NCBI GenBank assembly: GCA_964583985.1
Contig: CAZOYD010000083.1
Coordinates: 1 to 13,702, forward strand
Length of the DNA: 13,702 bases
Direction of reading: 5' to 3'
DNA from: an uncultured archaeon
GTDB taxonomy: Archaea > Asgardarchaeota > Lokiarchaeia > Sigyniarchaeales > SOKP01
Under the pieces are notes generated by a model, which was not told the origin of the DNA, searched no databases, and saw only the letters and a program-made list of their open reading frames with translations. Position numbers and translations under genes: made by a program. Each line of letters opens with the position of its first letter. Positions within the stretch are counted from its first letter, which is position 1. This document shows positions 8,534 through 13,702 of the stretch, piece by piece.

Positions 8534-11353
8534 ATGAAGGCTAATCAGATAGTTCTTGTTTCCGAAACTCATTGGGATAGGGAATGGTATCTCCCCTTTC
8601 AAGAGTATCGGGTGCAATTAATTAAATTAATGGACGAGGTTATTAAAATTCTTGACCAAAATCCAAAATACAAAAATTTCACATTAGATGGACAGGCTAT
8701 TTTAATCGAAGATTATCTGGAAATAAAACCAGATGAGGAATCTAACCTTAGAAAGCTGATTCAAAAAAGTAGGATATCAGTTGGACCAATGTATATAATA
8801 CCCGATGAATTTTTAGTTAGTGGGGAAAGTTTAATTCGAAATTTAATGATAGGTCATAAAATAGCGAAAAAATTTGGTAGAGTTATGAAAGCAGGATATG
8901 TTTCTGATCCTTTCGGGCATATCGCTCAACTCCCCCAAATTTTCCAAGGGTTCGAGATTTCCGCAATATTATTTTGGAGAGGTCTCGGTAACCAACTCTC
9001 AGAAAAAGAGTTAGACCTCGAATTTTCTTGGAATTCTCCAGGAAACGCAGCTTCAGTTATAGCCAGCTTTATGAAATTAAGTTATGGTTCAGTCGCGAAT
9101 TTAAGTATAAAAAAAACAAAAGGATTCTATACTAAAGCGCTTCAGAAGTTAAATTGGGCAATTTCAAAACTTGAAAGTTTCACTGCAACACCTATTCTAT
9201 TACTAAACAGTGGTACTGATCACTCTTTTGCAAATCCAGAGCTCCCTGAGATAATTGAACAATGGAATGAATTAAATCCTAATAAACGCATGGAAATGGG
9301 TGATTTCGAAGATTATATCAATAAGGTAAAAACATACAAACCTAATTTAAAAAGTTATGAAGGTGAACTAAGAGGAAGTAAATATATTCATATTCTATCG
9401 GGTGTATTATCTTCTAGAATGTGGATAAAGCAGCTTAATTCTCACGTCGAACATCTTTATGAGAAATACATTGAACCATTATTGACTATTGCTTGGGTAT
9501 TAAATAAACATCGAAATGTTAAATACCCTTCAGACCTCCTCCTAAATGGGTATAAATGGTTATTAAAAAATCACCCACATGATTCTATATGCGGATGTTC
9601 CATAGATCCCGTATATGAAGAGATGAAAATTCGATATAGTTGGGCAGAACAAATTGGTTTAGAACTATTAAAGAATTCACTGTTATCCTTGGATGAGTTA
9701 GTTAATCTTCAAATGGATAATGCTGATCGCATCCATTTAGTGATATATAATCCACTTGCTTGGAAAAGAAGAGATATCGTTAAATTTAATATCCTCAGTG
9801 AAATGAAGAGAGTAGGCATAAAAGCCACTAAATTTTTCCGTTTATTTGATTGCAATGATAAGGAAGTTGATTATTACCTCAATGAAGTCAATGAAATTGC
9901 AAGATTCCGCCATATAAATTCTAAAAGTTATAGATGTTCATTTCTTGGGGAAGTACCTGCATGTGGATTTAGCATTTATTATTTAAAATCAACAACGGTA
10001 CGGTCCATACCGGATCAACAATCTAATAAAATTTATTCATCAAATAATAAGATTGAAAATCAATACTATAAGATTACAGCAACAAATGATGGGAAAATTG
10101 ATCTATTTGATAAAGAGAGCCAATTATGGTATAAAAATGTTCTTAGTATCGAGGATATTGGGGATTGGGGTGATCTTTATGACTTTTCAGGTCCAAGTAA
10201 AGAACAATACGATAAAGTATTTTCAACTGAAAATATACATCCTCTAAACATATCAAGACAAATAAGTGGTTTGATATGTGAATCATTGTTAATAGAATAT
10301 GACCTTAGATTACCTATCTCATTAAGTACTGACCGTAAAAAAAGGGAAGAAAGATTAATATCAAATTTAACTTCAATTCGTATAACATTATATGACTCTA
10401 TTAAACGAATAGATATCAGTGTGAATGTAAAAAATAAGAGTAAAGATCATAAACTACGAATTTTGTTTCTCACATCTATTAATGCTCAAGAGATTAGAAG
10501 TGATGGGCACTTTCATATAATTTCTCGTCCAATTGAGATTCCAAATGTAAAAGATTGGAATCAGAAACCAACAGCGAATAGCTATAATGAACATTTTGTA
10601 GCGGTTAGTGATAAGGCTAGAACTTTTGCCATTTTAAATAAAGGGCTTCCAGAATATGAAGCAATTAAAAATGATGATGACACCGTTAGTCTAGGTATAA
10701 CATTGTTACGTTGTGTTGAATGGTTATCGCGGTCTGATTTGAGTTCGCGAGACACAAATGCGGGACCGGATTTAAATACACCAGCTGCTCAATGCATAGG
10801 CTCTCATCTTTTTGAATTATCAATAATCATTGAAAATAACAACCAAGGATTAGAAGATGTACATTGCTATGGTCAAGAATTTAACAACCCACTTATGGCT
10901 TTCTGTCCTGCGATGATAAAGACCAATTTGGGGGCTTTCGACAGAGTGATTTTAGCACCACTGGGTCTTTTATATCCCTACCGTCTTAAAAAACATGTTG
11001 AGAGGAAAGCGCTGTTACCAACCCAATTTTCATTCCTTTCCATTGATAATAAATGCACTCCTTTGAGTATCCTAAAAAAGGCTGAAGAAAGTGATGATAT
11101 GATCATAAGGGTGTATAATCTTTCTGCACAAATTCAATTCTCAAAAATATCTTTTTTTAAGGATTTGCAGATAATTTCTGTGAAAATCGTTAATTTTCTT
11201 GAAGAGCCTCCAACAAATGACATAAAAGCTAAAATTACAAGAATCGCTAATAATAATTTTTCCCTCTCACTTGATCCACATGTTATTGCTACTATAAAAA
11301 TAAGTTTCCAGTGTAAACTGGAAAAGAATGCAATATCCAATCTCATTGAATGA
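8534..11353 (+). CDS. Glycoside hydrolase family 38 alpha-mannosidase (MngB/alpha-mannosylglycerate hydrolase-like, cytoplasmic)
   Basis: THWDREWY (Zn ligands), FTLDGQ, DEFLVSGESLIRN, nucleophile DPFGH, GTDH, HPHDSICGCS, and C-terminal NKGLPEYE / ITLLR / LKKAE motifs. Confidence 0.93.
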   Translation: MKANQIVLVSETHWDREWYLPFQEYRVQLIKLMDEVIKILDQNPKYKNFTLDGQAILIEDYLEIKPDEESNLRKLIQKSRISVGPMYIIPDEFLVSGESLIRNLMIGHKIAKKFGRVMKAGYVSDPFGHIAQLPQIFQGFEISAILFWRGLGNQLSEKELDLEFSWNSPGNAASVIASFMKLSYGSVANLSIKKTKGFYTKALQKLNWAISKLESFTATPILLLNSGTDHSFANPELPEIIEQWNELNPNKRMEMGDFEDYINKVKTYKPNLKSYEGELRGSKYIHILSGVLSSRMWIKQLNSHVEHLYEKYIEPLLTIAWVLNKHRNVKYPSDLLLNGYKWLLKNHPHDSICGCSIDPVYEEMKIRYSWAEQIGLELLKNSLLSLDELVNLQMDNADRIHLVIYNPLAWKRRDIVKFNILSEMKRVGIKATKFFRLFDCNDKEVDYYLNEVNEIARFRHINSKSYRCSFLGEVPACGFSIYYLKSTTVRSIPDQQSNKIYSSNNKIENQYYKITATNDGKIDLFDKESQLWYKNVLSIEDIGDWGDLYDFSGPSKEQYDKVFSTENIHPLNISRQISGLICESLLIEYDLRLPISLSTDRKKREERLISNLTSIRITLYDSIKRIDISVNVKNKSKDHKLRILFLTSINAQEIRSDGHFHIISRPIEIPNVKDWNQKPTANSYNEHFVAVSDKARTFAILNKGLPEYEAIKNDDDTVSLGITLLRCVEWLSRSDLSSRDTNAGPDLNTPAAQCIGSHLFELSIIIENNNQGLEDVHCYGQEFNNPLMAFCPAMIKTNLGAFDRVILAPLGLLYPYRLKKHVERKALLPTQFSFLSIDNKCTPLSILKKAEESDDMIIRVYNLSAQIQFSKISFFKDLQIISVKIVNFLEEPPTNDIKAKITRIANNNFSLSLDPHVIATIKISFQCKLEKNAISNLIE

Positions 11354-12468
11354 TTATGACAGGATTGATAGAAGAGATTTTATCTCAAGGAAAAGCACTA
11401 GACGCATGTTTTAGCTTTCTTTCAAAGAATCAGATTGAATCACTAAAGAGTCTAAGAAATTATTTTGAGAGCCATCATATTACAAAATTGATTTTTACTG
11501 GTATGGGTTCAAGTTTTTTTAGCACGTATATTCCATTTTATATGCTAAGGCACGCTGGTTTTGATGTTGAACGAATGGAAACAGGAGAATTTCTCCTTCA
11601 TGGATTCCCTCAAAAGAAAATGGAAATTTTTAACAATGTTGCCATTATTTTAGTTTCTCAGTCAGGTGAAAGTGGAGAAATGGTCGAATTAATTAAATTA
11701 ATCCAATCCTTAAAAATACAACCATTAACTATAGGTATCACTAATAATTCACTTAGCTTTTTGGCAACGCATACAGATATACAATTGTTTTTAAATGTTG
11801 GAATTGAGGAATCTGTAACCTCCAAAACTTATGTGTGTTCTATTTTAGTGTTGTATGTGGTTGCTCGTTCTTTAATCACCAATTTTTTTGAATCTGTGAA
11901 TGAAGTGAAAATGATAAAATCTTCAATAACAAATGTAGAGAAAGTCCTTAGTGATAATACAAATCTTAGTGGCGTGTTAGATAGAATCGAAAAAAATTTT
12001 GGAAACGACTATCAATTTCTTCAGATTCTTGCAAGAGGCACATCCATGGCAACCGCAGATCAAGGAGCCCTAAACTTTAAAGAAATAGTTAAAATTAGTT
12101 CAGAAGCGCTAACAGTTTCAGCTTTTAGACATGGTGGAATAGAATCTCTTAATGACAAGACCAAGCTAATACTCATAGCTTCAAATCTCATAGATCACGA
12201 TCTAAACATTCAATTCATCCAACAACTCATTTCAAAATGGAAATTTGGAAATTTATTATATCTTACTAACCAAGAATTGAGTTCAGATGATAAAATTTTA
12301 TTAAAAAATCCAAAAATAATTCTTTATCAACATAACATTGAAAATCCGTTCTTAGCTCCGCTTCTAGAAATTATAATTCTCCAATTAATGTGTTACAAAA
12401 CAGCTCTAAAGAGAGGAATTACTCCAGGAGTGTTCAATTTTTCCTCAAAAATCACTAAAGGGTTATAA
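11350..12468 (+). CDS. Double-SIS-domain sugar-phosphate isomerase/deaminase (GlmS C-terminal / AgaS / FrlB-like), no glutaminase domain
   Basis: TGMGSS, SQSGES, ITNN, TSKTY, GALNFKE, FRHGG, C-terminal SKIT. ATGA overlap with the GH38 stop. Confidence 0.9.
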   Translation: MIMTGLIEEILSQGKALDACFSFLSKNQIESLKSLRNYFESHHITKLIFTGMGSSFFSTYIPFYMLRHAGFDVERMETGEFLLHGFPQKKMEIFNNVAIILVSQSGESGEMVELIKLIQSLKIQPLTIGITNNSLSFLATHTDIQLFLNVGIEESVTSKTYVCSILVLYVVARSLITNFFESVNEVKMIKSSITNVEKVLSDNTNLSGVLDRIEKNFGNDYQFLQILARGTSMATADQGALNFKEIVKISSEALTVSAFRHGGIESLNDKTKLILIASNLIDHDLNIQFIQQLISKWKFGNLLYLTNQELSSDDKILLKNPKIILYQHNIENPFLAPLLEIIILQLMCYKTALKRGITPGVFNFSSKITKGL

Positions 12469-12510
12469 AGAAACAAGATTTTATATAAAAAAGGACATCT
12501 TGTCATATAA

Positions 12511-13293
12511 TTACTTCCAATTATTCCCTTTTTTCCAATATTGTTCAAAAAACTCAGTTGTCCATTCAATAAAGGATTCATTATTATCCAATAAGCATTG
12601 ATTATAATCAATTTCCCCCTCTTTATCTAAAAATAGCATTGCTCCTTTATCAGTGATTAACAATGAAAATTCCAGTGTTTTATCGTAAATTTTTACGGAT
12701 TTCAACAGATCTGCTTTCTTGAAAAACTCTAACTGCTCCTTTTGATTTAAAGATTCATTTCCTGAATTTTGACTGGATTTTAACATAGAATTGTCAACTA
12801 GGATGCGAATATCCATTGATTTATCCTGTATCTTTTTTTCGAACACGGGGATTATTGAATTCTGGACTTGATCCATGGTGATATATATAACTTTTTCAGC
12901 ATTTTTAATTAGATCTCCCCATAATTCAAGGTTTTGAATTGTTTTCATACCGATTTCAATTGTTTTTAAATTTCCTAATTGCATTATAAGTTCCAGAGGA
13001 ATCATGGCTATTGAATGGGTGTTAAAAAATTCTCTTAACTTAATTGAAACTTCAAAAATATCTAATATTTGGTAAAAGATCATACCTAAATTTGTGATGG
13101 AATATTGATGATTGAGAGATTTTCGGATAAGATGGCTATCATTTAACCGCTTAAGATGGCGAGAAATTTCAGATCCCGGTAAATTAAGTTCTTGTTCAAG
13201 ATCACCATGCTTTTTCTTTTCATTGAATAATGCCTTGAATACGCGTAATCGTTCCTCGTTAGAAAGTTCAAATAAAATTTGATTAATTATCAT
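12511..13293 (-). CDS. Archaeal ArsR-like winged-helix transcriptional regulator with C-terminal DUF1724/TrmB-like effector domain
   Basis: LFELSNEERLRVF...EISRHLKRL...YSITNLG wHTH; FFNTH..IP linker; C-terminal LLITDK...W..EFFEQYWK. ATG 13293 is preferred over TTG 13305. Confidence 0.85.
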   Translation of the reverse strand: MIINQILFELSNEERLRVFKALFNEKKKHGDLEQELNLPGSEISRHLKRLNDSHLIRKSLNHQYSITNLGMIFYQILDIFEVSIKLREFFNTHSIAMIPLELIMQLGNLKTIEIGMKTIQNLELWGDLIKNAEKVIYITMDQVQNSIIPVFEKKIQDKSMDIRILVDNSMLKSSQNSGNESLNQKEQLEFFKKADLLKSVKIYDKTLEFSLLITDKGAMLFLDKEGEIDYNQCLLDNNESFIEWTTEFFEQYWKKGNNWK

Positions 13294-13637
13294 TTTTGTT
13301 CCCAAATATCTTTAATTATTAGACTCTTGAATATGATAAAAATGATTTGAAGATTAATATTAAATTGAGTTATATAATCTTATTTAAATCATTTAAATCA
13401 AGTTAATCTAAGATTTAATAAGGAATGGATTGATTTAAGATTTTCTCTCGATATTAGATTATTATGCAAAGAATATCTTAAAATTCTGCTAACTTAAGTT
13501 TAATAATTTAAGAGTTATATCCTAAAATTCGGATTAAATAAAAATCAGCTCTACCCGTATTTAAGAGAACTGGATTTATCGGATTGTCACTATATTCATT
13601 GATGTAAGAGTTTACATTATTTATATTCATGTAATCC

Positions 13638-13702
13638 TTATTTCCGGCATCGTATTATTAGGAAGAATGGAATTATTCTTGAATCATATTCTTCCGGATA
13701 CT
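13638..13702 (-). CDS. 3' end of a gene truncated by the window edge (possibly the C-terminus of an alpha/beta hydrolase)
   Basis: Open frame from the edge: YPEEYDSRIIPFFLIIRCRK*. PEEY..RI..FF resembles hydrolase C-terminal helices. Too short to be sure. Confidence 0.35.
   Translation of the reverse strand, partial: YPEEYDSRIIPFFLIIRCRK

Noticed and set aside
6645-12611. Short ORFs 6645-6836, 7685-8041, 10053-10247, 11134-11346 and 12393-12611
   Set aside because: All overlap well-supported genes in another frame or strand and lack motifs.
13382-13399. Tandem ATTTAAATC x2
   Set aside because: Too short and AT-rich to call a repeat array or CRISPR; considered only as part of the operator hypothesis.

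Overview
AT-rich archaeal window that most likely comes from an Asgard archaeon (Lokiarchaeia-like). This is an inference from the NosD-repeat surface protein with its IPFG-TM-basic tail, the BRE/TATA-type promoters and the oligo-T terminators. Contents in order: a minus-strand surface protein with a NosD/parallel beta-helix domain and an Ig-like domain; an unannotated ~88-nt box C/D guide RNA candidate (2105-2192) with its own TATA box and T-rich terminator; two small membrane proteins flanking a DsbA/FrnE oxidoreductase; a co-oriented catabolic cluster (GPH/MFS symporter, small hypothetical protein, CocE/NonD serine hydrolase, GH38 alpha-mannosidase, SIS-domain sugar-phosphate enzyme); and a convergent wHTH regulator. 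The most striking signal is the C/D RNA. Its D' guide is antisense to the conserved large-subunit rRNA segment CCAAAUGCCU and points to the adenosine that yeast snR13 and human SNORD15 methylate. It is longer than typical archaeal sRNAs and has an internal stem. No mobile element, CRISPR array, tRNA or rRNA was seen.
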